From: Candidatus Eiseniibacteriota bacterium
Lineage (GTDB): Bacteria; Eisenbacteria; RBG-16-71-46
Assembly: GCA_963707915.1 (NCBI GenBank)
Contig: OY970178.1
Span: 384,001-448,000 of the forward strand
Direction of reading: 5' to 3'
Length of the DNA stretch: 64,000 nt
Positions 1-9,347 of this stretch are shown piece after piece. The notes under the pieces are model-generated. The model did no database searches and was not told the DNA's origin. It saw nothing but the letters and a program-made list of their open reading frames with translations. The position numbers and the translations under genes were made by a program. The first letter of the stretch is position 1; every line of letters starts with the position of its first letter.

Positions 1-147
1 CGATACCGACATGTGCCCGAGCTGCACGCCCGGGTGGGTCCCGGGACGCAGCGCGGACGTGTAGGTGCCCGGCACGGGATCGGCGATGGCGGTGAGCGAC
101 ACGAGCAGGAGGGGGATGGCGAGAACGACGGTGGCGCAATGGCGCAT
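1..147 (-). CDS. N-terminal part of a secreted protein (runs off window edge)
   Basis: Minus-strand reading MRHCATVVLAIPLLLVSLTAIADPVPGTY..., signal-peptide-like, with GAGG upstream. Confidence 0.6.
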   Translation of the reverse strand, partial: MRHCATVVLAIPLLLVSLTAIADPVPGTYTSALRPGTHPGVQLGHMSVS

Positions 148-380
148 GGCATGACCTCGCGGAAGGAGCCGGTACTGGGCCGAGGGGCCCGCTAGTCGTT
201 CCGAATGCTGCCGACGACTGCGAGTACGATAGCTCCGCGCGCTGCGGGGACGATAACGATTACGGCGTCCGCCGGGGTCGGCCGGCAGGATTCACGACGC
301 CGGGGAGAGGCTCCTGTGGGAGGCGCCCGCGTGCCGGGGCCCGGGCGCCCCCGCGGCGGCGGCCGGTCCGACCGCCCCCG

Positions 381-1403
381 CTACTTCCCCGCCACCGCCG
401 GGTGGCGGCGCTGGATGAACTCCTCGCACTCGCGCACGTCCTTGCTGCTGCCGAGGAAGAGCGGGGTGCGCTCGTGGAGCGAAACGGGCGTGATGTCCAT
501 GATGCGCCGCGTGCCGTCGCTGGCCGCGCCGCCCGCCTGCTCCGCGACGAAGGCCAGGGGGGCCGCCTCGTAGAGCACGCGCAGCTTCCCCTTCACGCTG
601 CGGCGGCTCGCGGGGTAGAGGAAGATGCCGCCGTACAGGAGGTTCCGGTGGAAGTCCGCGACCAGCGAGCCGATGTAGCGGCCGGTGTAGGGATGGTGGA
701 GCGCGGCGTCGTCGGCCTTGAGCCAATCGACGTAGGCGCGGACCTCGTCGGACCAGTAGGCGTAGTTGCCCTCGTTGGTGCTGTAGATGTGGCCGCGCGC
801 CGGGGTGCGGATGTCCGGCTCGGAGAGCAGGAACTCGCCGATGCTGGGCTCGTAGGTGAAGCCGTGGACGCCGTTGCCGGTGGTGTAGACCAGCATCGTG
901 CTCGAGCCGTACATCACGTAGCCCGCGGCCACCTGCCGCTTCCCGGGCTGGAGGCAGTCCTGCATCGTCCCGTTCCCACCGCGCGTGACCCGCGGCAGGA
1001 TGGAGAAGATCGTCCCGATGTTGACGTTCGCGCCGATGTTCGAGGAGCCGTCGAGCGGGTCGAAGTTGACCACGTAGTTGCCCGGCCGCCGTCCCTGCAG
1101 CACGGGCACGATGCCCTCGTCCTCCTCGGACGCGAGCACGGCGAGCTGCCCGGTCGACCCCAGCAGGCGGTGCAGGGTCTCGTGGGCGTAGCGGTCGAGC
1201 CGCTGCACCCGCTCGCCCTGCACGTTCTCCTCGCCGGTCTCGCCGATGATGTCCACCAGGCCCGCCCGGACCACCAGCCGGTTGATCATCTTCGCGGCCA
1301 GGGCGATCTCCATCAGGAGGTCGGTGAACTCGCCCGAGGCCTCCGGATGCTGGTCCTCCTGCTGGAGGATGAACTGCGACAGGGGCAGCGCGGTGTCCGG
1401 CAC
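381..1403 (-). CDS. fbp: Fructose-1,6-bisphosphatase class 1
   Basis: Motifs ASEE, FDPLDGSSN, GTIFSI, RYIGSLVADFHRNLLYGGIF, KLRVLYE. Confidence 0.97.
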   Translation of the reverse strand: MPDTALPLSQFILQQEDQHPEASGEFTDLLMEIALAAKMINRLVVRAGLVDIIGETGEENVQGERVQRLDRYAHETLHRLLGSTGQLAVLASEEDEGIVPVLQGRRPGNYVVNFDPLDGSSNIGANVNIGTIFSILPRVTRGGNGTMQDCLQPGKRQVAAGYVMYGSSTMLVYTTGNGVHGFTYEPSIGEFLLSEPDIRTPARGHIYSTNEGNYAYWSDEVRAYVDWLKADDAALHHPYTGRYIGSLVADFHRNLLYGGIFLYPASRRSVKGKLRVLYEAAPLAFVAEQAGGAASDGTRRIMDITPVSLHERTPLFLGSSKDVRECEEFIQRRHPAVAGK

Positions 1404-1412
1404 CCGGGGCTC

Positions 1413-2804
1413 CTAGTCGGCGAGTCCCGTGACGTCCTCGTGGCCGCGCACGCTGCCGGCCGCGCCGAGCACGGGGTACGAACCCGGCACGAACGGCGCG
1501 TGCTTCGCCGCGATCGCTGCGGTGCCCGGCACCTGCAGCTTCTGCATCAGGAAGCGGAACTTGTCCTCGAGCGCCTGGCCGATCGCCGCGCGCACCGGCA
1601 CGGGCAGGCTCCACAGCTCGCGCTTGTACAGTCCGCTCAGCTTCTTGCGTGACTTGTAGAGGAACTGCTCCTCGGAGTCGCCGGCCTTGCGCTCGTCCGC
1701 CGCCACCGTGCGCAGGCGGTCGTACATCTCGCGCTTCAGCCCGGCGGGGAAGGCCGGGTGGTCGAAGATCATGTTCTGGAACTCGGTCGCCAGGTGGATC
1801 TCGATGCAGCCCAGCTTCGCGAAGCGGTCGAACAGCTCGGCCGGCAGGGTCGAGGCGCCGTGCTGCACGGCCCCGCCCATCCCGTAGCGGTCGGTGGCCA
1901 GCTTCGAGAGCGACTCGATCACGCCGAAGTCCACCTTGACCTGGGCCATGGTGCCGTCCGGCAGGGGCACGCCGCCATGCGAGGTCCCGGTCTGGATCGA
2001 GATCTTGCTGATGCCCTCGGCGCCGGGGGCGAGGCGCGCGAGCTCCTCGAGGTAGAGCTTCATGAACGCGTTGAGCTCGTCGGGCGTCGAGTTCTGGCTG
2101 CCCACCTCGCCGATCTCGCCGCCGACCGAGATGGTCACGCCCCTGGGCTGCAGGCCGCGGATGAACGCCGTCAGCCCGGCGCACAGCGTGCCGTTCAGGT
2201 GCTGCTGGGCCTCGTGGCCTGCCTTCGAGAGGTCCACCAGGGTCGAGGTGTCGATGTCGATGTTGTAGAAGCCCGCGGCCACGGCCTCGCGGCTCATGTC
2301 GCGCACCGCCTGCAGCTCGGCCTCGGGGCCGGCGGCGTACTTCTTCGCGTTGACCTGGAAGTGGTCGCCCTGGATGAAGACCGGTCCCTTGCAGCCCTCG
2401 CGCAGCGCCGCGGCCAGCATCACGAAGGCGTACTCGGCCGGACGCTGATCGGTGTAGCTGCATTCGGAGCGCGCGATCTCGCAGATCACCGCGCCGACGT
2501 CCAGCGCCTTGCGGGCGCGCATCAGCGCCCGGGCCGTGTCGTAGGCCATGCCGCGGATGTTGAAGGCGGGCACGGTGAAGGTCGCGGGCAGCTCGCGGCG
2601 ACCGCGGGCGGCGTAGAGACCGTGGATCGACGCCGGGTAGATCCCGGCCGACGCGGCCTGCGCCAGCACGGCGGTGCGGGCCCGGTCACGCAGCTCGCCG
2701 GTGCCGAACACGCCGGTCCAGACCAGCCGGTCGAGTGCGTCGTGGTTGCCCGTCGCGATGGCGGCCGTGGCGTGGCGGATCTCTTCGAGGGTCTTGAGTT
2801 CCAT
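1413..2804 (-). CDS. Class II fructose-bisphosphate aldolase family protein
   Basis: Motifs VPAFN, QGDH, GGEIGEVG, GTSHGG, VQHGAS. Start MELKTLEE with GGAG RBS. Adjacent to fbp. Confidence 0.9.
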   Translation of the reverse strand: MELKTLEEIRHATAAIATGNHDALDRLVWTGVFGTGELRDRARTAVLAQAASAGIYPASIHGLYAARGRRELPATFTVPAFNIRGMAYDTARALMRARKALDVGAVICEIARSECSYTDQRPAEYAFVMLAAALREGCKGPVFIQGDHFQVNAKKYAAGPEAELQAVRDMSREAVAAGFYNIDIDTSTLVDLSKAGHEAQQHLNGTLCAGLTAFIRGLQPRGVTISVGGEIGEVGSQNSTPDELNAFMKLYLEELARLAPGAEGISKISIQTGTSHGGVPLPDGTMAQVKVDFGVIESLSKLATDRYGMGGAVQHGASTLPAELFDRFAKLGCIEIHLATEFQNMIFDHPAFPAGLKREMYDRLRTVAADERKAGDSEEQFLYKSRKKLSGLYKRELWSLPVPVRAAIGQALEDKFRFLMQKLQVPGTAAIAAKHAPFVPGSYPVLGAAGSVRGHEDVTGLAD

Positions 2805-3000
2805 GGCGGTCGGGTCTCCTGTGCGGGCACGGCGTCGGTGGCGGGCGCATCCCGGCCACGGCGCCGATCGGGTCCGTGGGCGGCGAGGAATCGGCCGCAG
2901 TATAGACTCATGCGCCGACGCGCTGCCATGCGGCGGCGGGCGGGAGCACGGCGCCTCTGCCCGATCAGCACCACGCCCGGGCCCCGTGCCCGGCCCTTGT

Positions 3001-3029
3001 TTGACACCGTCGAGACGAGTCGCTTCAAT
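3001..3029 (+). promoter_or_regulatory. Putative sigma70 promoter of the xdhC operon
   Basis: TTGACA-17 nt-TTCAAT about 38 nt upstream of the GTG at 3067. Confidence 0.5.
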
Positions 3030-3066
3030 CGCCACGGCCCGTTCCGTACCCCATCGAGGAGCCCGC

Positions 3067-4032
3067 GTGAGCACCCCTGACGAAGAGACGCCCCTGGCCG
3101 GACCGCCGGTGGGCGTGGACAGCGAGGTCGGGCCCGGGGACGACGAAGGGCTGCTGTGGGCGACGCTGGCCGGCTGGCGCGCCGAGCGGCGGCGCTTCGC
3201 CCTGCTCACCGTGGTGGAGACGCGGGGCTCGACGCCGCGCAAGAGCGGGGCCCACGTCCTGCTGGCGGAGGACGGCGAGACCGTCGGGACGCTGGGCGGG
3301 GGCGCGATCGAGTACGAGGCGCTGAAGCAGGCGCGCACGGCGCTGGCGCAGGGCGGGACGGCGCTCTTCCGGCGCCACCTGGCGCAGGATCTCGGCATGT
3401 GCTGCGGAGGCGAGATGAGCATTTTCATCGAGACCGTGGAGCCGAAGCCCCGGCTGTTCATCTTCGGGGCGGGCTACATCGGCAGGCCGCTCGTGGCCAT
3501 GGCCACGGCCTGCGGCTTCGAGGTCACGGTGGTGGACGGCCGCAGCGAGTGGGCCGACCCCGCGCGCTTCCCGGGGGCGGCCGTGCGCTGCCAGGATCCC
3601 GAGGACGCGGCGCGCGCGCTGCAACTGACCCCCGGCGACTACGCCTGCGTGGTGACGCACGACCACGCGCTCGACCAGCGCCTCGTGCAGATCCTGGTCC
3701 GCCGCCCGCTGCGCTTCCTGGGCATGATCGGCAGCCGCGCGAAACAGCGCCGGTTCGTCCAGCGCCTGCGCGGGCACGGCCTCGGCGAGGAGGAGATCGC
3801 CCGGCTGCACACCCCGCTGGGGCTGGCGATCGGCGCGGCCACCCCCGAGGAGATCGCGGTGAGCGTGCTCGCGCAGCTCATCGCGGTGCGACGTGGCGTC
3901 GCGATCGAGCCCGGCTGGGAGGCGCCCACGGGCGCGCACCCGGCGGGAGAGGAAGTGGACCCGGCCGGGGTCCGGCCCGCGCAGGACGCGGGAACGCCGG
4001 GCCCGGCCACGAAGGAGGGCGAGGGCTCATGA
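3067..4032 (+). CDS. xdhC: XdhC/CoxI family molybdoenzyme accessory protein
   Basis: Motifs GSTPRKSGA, GTLGGGAIE, LGMCCGG, IFGAGYIG, VTHDHALD, GMIGSRAK, TPEEIAVS. GTG start after GAGGAG. Confidence 0.92.
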   Translation: MSTPDEETPLAGPPVGVDSEVGPGDDEGLLWATLAGWRAERRRFALLTVVETRGSTPRKSGAHVLLAEDGETVGTLGGGAIEYEALKQARTALAQGGTALFRRHLAQDLGMCCGGEMSIFIETVEPKPRLFIFGAGYIGRPLVAMATACGFEVTVVDGRSEWADPARFPGAAVRCQDPEDAARALQLTPGDYACVVTHDHALDQRLVQILVRRPLRFLGMIGSRAKQRRFVQRLRGHGLGEEEIARLHTPLGLAIGAATPEEIAVSVLAQLIAVRRGVAIEPGWEAPTGAHPAGEEVDPAGVRPAQDAGTPGPATKEGEGS

Positions 4033-4727
4033 TGGTCGGCGTGCTGTTGGCGGCCGGTGCCTCGACGCGGATGGGAAGCCCGAAGGCGCTGGCGAAGACG
4101 GGGAAGAAGACCCGCCAGGAGAGCTACATCGCCCACGGGGTGCGCAACCTGTGGTGCGCCTGCGACACCGTGGTGGTGGTCCTGGGGGCCAACGCGAAGC
4201 TGATCCGCAAGCGCACCGAGGACGAGTTCGTGCGCCTGGTCGAGACCGGCTGCTTCGACCAGGAGTTGCACGCGGCGCACCGCCACGCGGCGCAGAAGCT
4301 CGAGGTGCGCTTCGTCGTGAACCGCGCCTGGAAGAAGGGCATGTACTCCTCGGCGCGGGTGGGGCTCGAGGCGGCGCTGAAGTACGCGCCGGCGGGGTTG
4401 TTCGTGCTGCCGGTCGACCACCCGTCGGTGCGCGCCGCCACGGTCCTCGACCTGGGGACGGTGATGGCCCAGGCCATCCACGCCGCGCACGGCCCGGCGC
4501 GCAAGGGGGCGGCCCGGCGCGCCCCGTTCTGCTACGCGCTGGTGCCGCGCCGCCGCGGCCGCCGGGGCCACCCGGTCGTGCTGACCGCCGCGCTGGCGCG
4601 GGCCATCCTGAAGGACAAGGGGGCCGAGCACCTGAGCGATGCGGTGCGCCGCAGCGCCCGGTTGGTGGGCTACCTGGACGTGCGCGACGCCGGGATCACG
4701 CGCAACGTGAACCGCCCGGGGGACTGA
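4029..4727 (+). CDS. MocA/MobA-like nucleotidyltransferase (molybdenum cofactor cytidylyltransferase-like)
   Basis: Motifs LLAAGASTRMGSPKAL, GMYSS, LPVDHP, GHPV. Start overlaps the xdhC stop (ATGA). Confidence 0.85.
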   Translation: MMVGVLLAAGASTRMGSPKALAKTGKKTRQESYIAHGVRNLWCACDTVVVVLGANAKLIRKRTEDEFVRLVETGCFDQELHAAHRHAAQKLEVRFVVNRAWKKGMYSSARVGLEAALKYAPAGLFVLPVDHPSVRAATVLDLGTVMAQAIHAAHGPARKGAARRAPFCYALVPRRRGRRGHPVVLTAALARAILKDKGAEHLSDAVRRSARLVGYLDVRDAGITRNVNRPGD

Positions 4728-4746
4728 GCGTGCGAACGGTGCGCCG

Positions 4747-5298
4747 ATGAGCCGCCGGCCGCTGGTCGCGGTCTTCGGCAGCAGCACGATCCGCGAGTCG
4801 AGCCCGGAGTTCCGCGAGGCCGAGGAACTCGGGCGGCGGCTCGCGGCGGCCGGGGCGGACGTCATCACCGGCGGCTACGGCGGGGCCATGGCCGCCTGCT
4901 CGCGCGGCGCCCACGAGGCCGGTGCCCACGTGGTGGGCGTGACGGTCGAGCTGTTCGCGGACCGCGCCCCGGTGAACCCCTGGGTGAAGGAGCGGGTGCA
5001 CACCGGCGACCTGTTCGAGCGCCTGCGCACTATCATCGGCCGGGCGGACGCGTTTATCGCCGTCTCGGGGAGCGTGGGCACGCTGGCGGAGATCCTGCTG
5101 ACCTGGAACCTGCTCATGGCGAAGGGGCATGCGGCGGCGCCGCTCGTGCTGCTCGGCCGGCCCTGGAAGGGCTGGCTCGAGGCGCAGCGCGCCCCGGGCC
5201 TGGTGCTGCCGGAATTGTTCGCCTTCGTGCAGCTCGCGGACACGCCCGAGCAGGCGGTGCGGCTGGCGCTCGACGGCGCGGCGCCGCGGAACGCCTGA
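4747..5298 (+). CDS. LOG family (Rossmann-fold nucleotide-binding) protein
   Basis: Motifs VAVFGSS, TGGYGGAM, and a variant SGSVGTLAE of the PGGxGTxxE motif. Confidence 0.85.
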   Translation: MSRRPLVAVFGSSTIRESSPEFREAEELGRRLAAAGADVITGGYGGAMAACSRGAHEAGAHVVGVTVELFADRAPVNPWVKERVHTGDLFERLRTIIGRADAFIAVSGSVGTLAEILLTWNLLMAKGHAAAPLVLLGRPWKGWLEAQRAPGLVLPELFAFVQLADTPEQAVRLALDGAAPRNA

Positions 5299-5389
5299 AG
5301 CCGCCGACCGCCCGATGGAGCGCCGGCCGCGCGCTCTGCTAGATTGCGGGCCGCCACCCGCCACCCCCCACCCAGCAGGAGGCCCAGGC

Positions 5390-6187
5390 ATGGACGCGAG
5401 CGGTACGGCCCGTCCCCTCAGGATCATCCACGAGCCGAAGGTGTACCTGGTGGGCCGCCAGGTGACGGACCCCGCGGCCATCGAGCGCTTCCTCGCCGAT
5501 CACGAGCTGACCTGGACCACCGACACGGAGGTCGGCGCCGAGGCGCTGGCCGAGATGGCCGGGCGGCTCTGCTACCTGTCGTACGGCAAGGGCCGCAAGA
5601 CCAATCGCGAGTTCCTCGACCACCTCATCGAGGTGGGGCACGGCTCGGTGCTGGAGCACGCGGTGTGGAGCTTCGTCATCACCGGCGTGTCGCGCTCGCT
5701 CACCCACGAGTTGGTGCGGCACCGGGCGGGCTGGGCCTACTCGCAGCTCTCGCAGCGCTACGTGAACGAGTCGGAGTCGCCCTACGTGGAGCCCGGCGTC
5801 GTCGCGGACGACCCGGCCCTGCACGCCGTCTGGGTCGCGGCGGTGAACCAGGCGCGCGGCGCCTACGACCGGCTGGTGGAGGGGCTCGAGCGGCACTACG
5901 CGGGCGAGCCCGACACCACGCAGCGCCGCAAGCTGGCCCGCCAGGCCGCGCGCTCGGTGCTGCCGAACGCCACCGAGACCCGCATCTTCGTCACCGCGAA
6001 CGCGCGGGCGCTGCGGCACTTCATCGAGATGCGCGGCTCGGCGGCGGCCGACGTCGAGATCCGCACGGTGGCGCTCCAGTTGCTCGAGTTGATGCGCCGG
6101 GAATCGCCGGCCCTGTTCTCGGACTACGAGCGGGTGCCGCTGCCGGACGGGGGCGAGGCGGTGCGCACCGCCCACCCCAAAGTCTGA
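5390..6187 (+). CDS. thyX: FAD-dependent thymidylate synthase
   Basis: Motifs GHGSVLEH, THELVRHR...SQLSQRY, ARSVLPNATET, NARALRHF. AGGAGG RBS. Confidence 0.96.
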   Translation: MDASGTARPLRIIHEPKVYLVGRQVTDPAAIERFLADHELTWTTDTEVGAEALAEMAGRLCYLSYGKGRKTNREFLDHLIEVGHGSVLEHAVWSFVITGVSRSLTHELVRHRAGWAYSQLSQRYVNESESPYVEPGVVADDPALHAVWVAAVNQARGAYDRLVEGLERHYAGEPDTTQRRKLARQAARSVLPNATETRIFVTANARALRHFIEMRGSAAADVEIRTVALQLLELMRRESPALFSDYERVPLPDGGEAVRTAHPKV

Positions 6188-6366
6188 GGGGGGGCGGTCC
6201 GCCGGGTCGGCCCGCCGCGCGTCCGGCGTGACGGCGGAGGCCGACGGTAGTAGGCTCCACAGCCATCATCCAGCCCCGCGCGCGGTTCGTGGCGGGGGGC
6301 CGCGCCGCACGCAGCCGGTCGGCGCCGCCGCGTTCGAACGTGAGACTCTCCACGGAGCGTGTGACC

Positions 6367-7503
6367 ATGTGGAAGACCTCGCCCGGCAGCACCGGGCGGC
6401 TGCTGCAGCTCTGCCTCGGCTACTTCTCGCTCTACGTCCTCAACGGGGTGTTCGCCAAGGTGTTCACCGGCGGCCAGCCCTACCGCATGCCGGAGATGGC
6501 CTACCTGTTCAACAACACCCTGGGCGGCAGCATCCTCGCGCTGCTGGTGGTGTTCGCGCTGGGCTGGTACAAGCTCAAGTCCAATCGCCTGACGAAGTGG
6601 GGCCCGCTCACGGTCCCCTCGGAGGCCGCCTACATCATCCCCTCGGGCATCTGCACGGCCATCGTCATCCCGACCACGACCCTGATGTACACCCTGCCCA
6701 TCTCCGTCATGGTGGCCATGGTGATCATGCGGGGCAGCATCATCGTGATCAGCCGGCTGATCGACGCGGTCCAGATCCGGCAGGGCATCCTCAAGAAGCG
6801 CGTCTACGCCGAGGAGAACTGGGCCGTGCTGTTCGCCATCCTCGCGGTGGCCACCAACGTGGTGCTGCTCCCGATCGTCGCGTGGCTCGAGGGCCACGGC
6901 GTCGAGGCCTCGCGCTGGCTGGGGCTCAAGCCCGGGGCGCTGGCGGGCGGCTTCGACTTCCTGCGCTCGGGCCAGGCGATGACCATCATGGGCCTCTACA
7001 TCACGGCCTACACCATCCGCATCTACATCATGAACTACTTCAAGAACACCCGCGCCCGGGGCGTGCCGCTCGACAACCAGGGCTTCATCGGCGTCGAGCA
7101 GATCGCGGCCAGCCTGACCATGGCGGGGATCGTGGCCCTGTTCTACTTCGGCTCGCCCGCCTTCGGCTGGACGGCGAAGCCGGTGGTCGATTTCCGCGCG
7201 GCGGTCGAACAGCCCAACCTGGCGGCGTTCCTCTCGGGCCTGCCGTACGGCGCGCTGGCGTTCTTCTCGGTCTTCATCTTCATGTTCAAGGGCCGCACCG
7301 CGACCTTCGCCGGCCTGGTGAACCGGCTGACCTCGCTGCTGGCCGGCACCGCGGCGACCCTGCTCATGTTCTTCATCTTCAAGGCCAAGTTCCCGGCGGT
7401 GCAGGACTGGGTCTCGGTGGCCTTCATCCTGGTGGCGGTCTACTTCCTGGGCCTGGCCGAGAAGCGGCGGATGGGCGAGCTGGCGCGGGAAGCGACGGTC
7501 TGA
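6367..7503 (+). CDS. Multi-pass membrane protein of unknown function (possibly DMT-superfamily-like)
   Basis: About 10 hydrophobic segments and strongly biased codon usage. No motif recognised. Confidence 0.75.
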   Translation: MWKTSPGSTGRLLQLCLGYFSLYVLNGVFAKVFTGGQPYRMPEMAYLFNNTLGGSILALLVVFALGWYKLKSNRLTKWGPLTVPSEAAYIIPSGICTAIVIPTTTLMYTLPISVMVAMVIMRGSIIVISRLIDAVQIRQGILKKRVYAEENWAVLFAILAVATNVVLLPIVAWLEGHGVEASRWLGLKPGALAGGFDFLRSGQAMTIMGLYITAYTIRIYIMNYFKNTRARGVPLDNQGFIGVEQIAASLTMAGIVALFYFGSPAFGWTAKPVVDFRAAVEQPNLAAFLSGLPYGALAFFSVFIFMFKGRTATFAGLVNRLTSLLAGTAATLLMFFIFKAKFPAVQDWVSVAFILVAVYFLGLAEKRRMGELAREATV

Positions 7504-7537
7504 GCGGGCGCTGCCCGGGACGGGGAAGGAGGCCGCG

Positions 7538-8074
7538 ATGAGATCCCTGCAGGACGCGACCGGCCGCGAGCTGGTCTGGAAGTCCCGAAGCCTGCTGTCG
7601 CGCACCCACGACCTGCTGGACCCGGACGCCGGCGCCGACGGGCTCTACGCCACGCTGGTCTGGCGGGCGGGATTCGTGCTGCAGGCCCCGGCGGAGGCCC
7701 AGTCGGGCGACGGCAGCTGGCACTTCCTCCACCAGGGCTTCTTCCGGCGGGACGTGCGGGTCGTGGCCGCGGACGGCAAGACCCCGGTGGCGACGCTGAA
7801 GCGCCACTGGCGGCGCGGCGTCCTGCGGTTCGAGGACGGCCGGGAGTTCATCTGGCGGCGGCGCTCCTTCCTGAGCCCTTCTTGGCGGTTCGAAGACCCC
7901 AACGGCACGATCGTGGTGGGCCTCCAATGGAGGTTCGCGCTGCCGCGCAGCACCATGAGGGTGGAGTCCGAAGCGTCGGCCGCGCCGGCCGTCGACCGGG
8001 CGTTGCTGGCGTGCCTGGGCATGTACCTGGTGCTCATGTCCCGTCGGCGGGTGGCGGCCCACGGAGCGGGCTGA
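7538..8074 (+). CDS. Hypothetical protein
   Basis: AAGGAGG RBS, 178 aa, Trp-rich beta-type pattern with a C-terminal hydrophobic helix. Confidence 0.7.
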   Translation: MRSLQDATGRELVWKSRSLLSRTHDLLDPDAGADGLYATLVWRAGFVLQAPAEAQSGDGSWHFLHQGFFRRDVRVVAADGKTPVATLKRHWRRGVLRFEDGREFIWRRRSFLSPSWRFEDPNGTIVVGLQWRFALPRSTMRVESEASAAPAVDRALLACLGMYLVLMSRRRVAAHGAG

Positions 8075-8198
8075 TCAGGATGGCTGGCGGTTCTGCGGTG
8101 ACGGTAGCGCACTCGCTTCGGCCATCATCGGGCACCAAGGCGCTCGGGATTGCGTCTAGAAATGGAACGATACGTTGTGCTGCAAGAGTTTAGCGTTA

Positions 8199-8213
8199 TG
8201 GAACCGAGTTTGC
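8199..8213 (+). promoter_or_regulatory. Putative sigma54 (-24/-12) promoter
   Basis: TGGAACCGAGTTTGC fits GG-N10-GC and lies in an AT-rich patch upstream of the OMP gene. Confidence 0.5.
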
Positions 8214-8615
8214 GGATGGTCCGGGTGGCCACTGCGGGGTTGACTTTGGCCGAGTCCGGTCGGTAGGTTCCGCATCGGAAGCGGCGGCCACGGAGGGGCC
8301 GTCGAAGACAGCAGGCGGCCCGAGCCGCCGCGGCTGCGCATCGGGACCAGGGAGGGCATCACATTTCTCGTGTCCGATCCCGCCCGGTCGAATGCTCCCT
8401 GTACCGAGGCGCCGGCTTCCTCCCGGATGCACGCGGGGAAGTCCACCTTCAAGCGTGGAAGATCCTGATGGTCGGCCCGGGCCGTCCGACCATCCTCACC
8501 AGCAGGCCCAGGTGAAATCGGAAGTGAGTCGGTAGTCTCTCGAAGTGGCGGCGGATTCCGGTCCCAGGGGCCGGCCCGACCGCCCAGTCAGACCCCTGAA
8601 GTGGAGGAAACAAAG

Positions 8616-9266
8616 ATGCGGAAGCTCGGAATCGTCGTGACTGCGATCGCGTGCCTGATGGTGTCGGCTGTTGCTTTCGCGGCTGACGCGCCGGCGGCCG
8701 GCAAGGCGGCCGGTGCGATGACCTTCGGCGTTGACGGCGGCATCGCTGTGCCGACGGGCGACTACGGAGACGTGGCCAAGATGGGCTTCACGGGCGGCGT
8801 GTTCGGCGAGTACGGGATCAACGAGATGTTTGCGATCGGCATCGGCGCGGACTACGTCAAGATCTCGGCGAAGGACGATGTCGTCACGGTGGCAGAGGCC
8901 GTTTACTCGCTGGTGGCGGAAGAGGCGATCACCGCGAAGCTGAGCACCTCGATCATCCCGATCCTGGCCTACGCGAAGTGGACGCCGCCGATGAAGGACA
9001 GCAAGGTTGCCCCCTACATCATGGCCGGCGGCGGCTTCTACATGATGAAGGCCAAGTCCGAATTCACCCCGGATCCGTTGAGCCTGAATGGTGACACCTC
9101 CGAGAACAAGGCCGGCTTCTTCGGCGGCGTGGGCGTTGATTTCAAGGCGTCGCCGCAGGTCAAGGTCGGCGTGTTCGGCAAGTTCCACGATGTCCTCACC
9201 GATGTGAAGTCCACGATGTTCATGACGGCTGGCGTCAGCGTGGGCTTCGGGCTGGCCACCAAGTAG
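8616..9266 (+). CDS. Outer-membrane beta-barrel (OmpA/OmpW-like 8-strand) protein
   Basis: Signal peptide ending AFA, alternating amphipathic strands, PYIMAGGG motif, GGAGG RBS. Confidence 0.88.
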   Translation: MRKLGIVVTAIACLMVSAVAFAADAPAAGKAAGAMTFGVDGGIAVPTGDYGDVAKMGFTGGVFGEYGINEMFAIGIGADYVKISAKDDVVTVAEAVYSLVAEEAITAKLSTSIIPILAYAKWTPPMKDSKVAPYIMAGGGFYMMKAKSEFTPDPLSLNGDTSENKAGFFGGVGVDFKASPQVKVGVFGKFHDVLTDVKSTMFMTAGVSVGFGLATK

Positions 9267-9292
9267 CTCCAGTCATCGTACCGGCTGAAACG

Positions 9293-9322
9293 ACCGGCCC
9301 GGGTCTCGCGACCCGGGCCGGT
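9293..9322. terminator. Hairpin between convergent genes (likely terminator)
   Basis: Perfect 13-bp stem ACCGGCCCGGGTC-tcgc-GACCCGGGCCGGT. Confidence 0.7.
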
Positions 9323-9347
9323 GTCGTTCGCGGGGCACCCGCCGCCC

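Noticed and set aside
8270..8600. Assignment as RNase P RNA, or a cobalamin or c-di-GMP riboswitch
   Set aside because: Only fragmentary resemblance (GGGGAAGTCC, GGTGAAATC). The conserved cores are not present.
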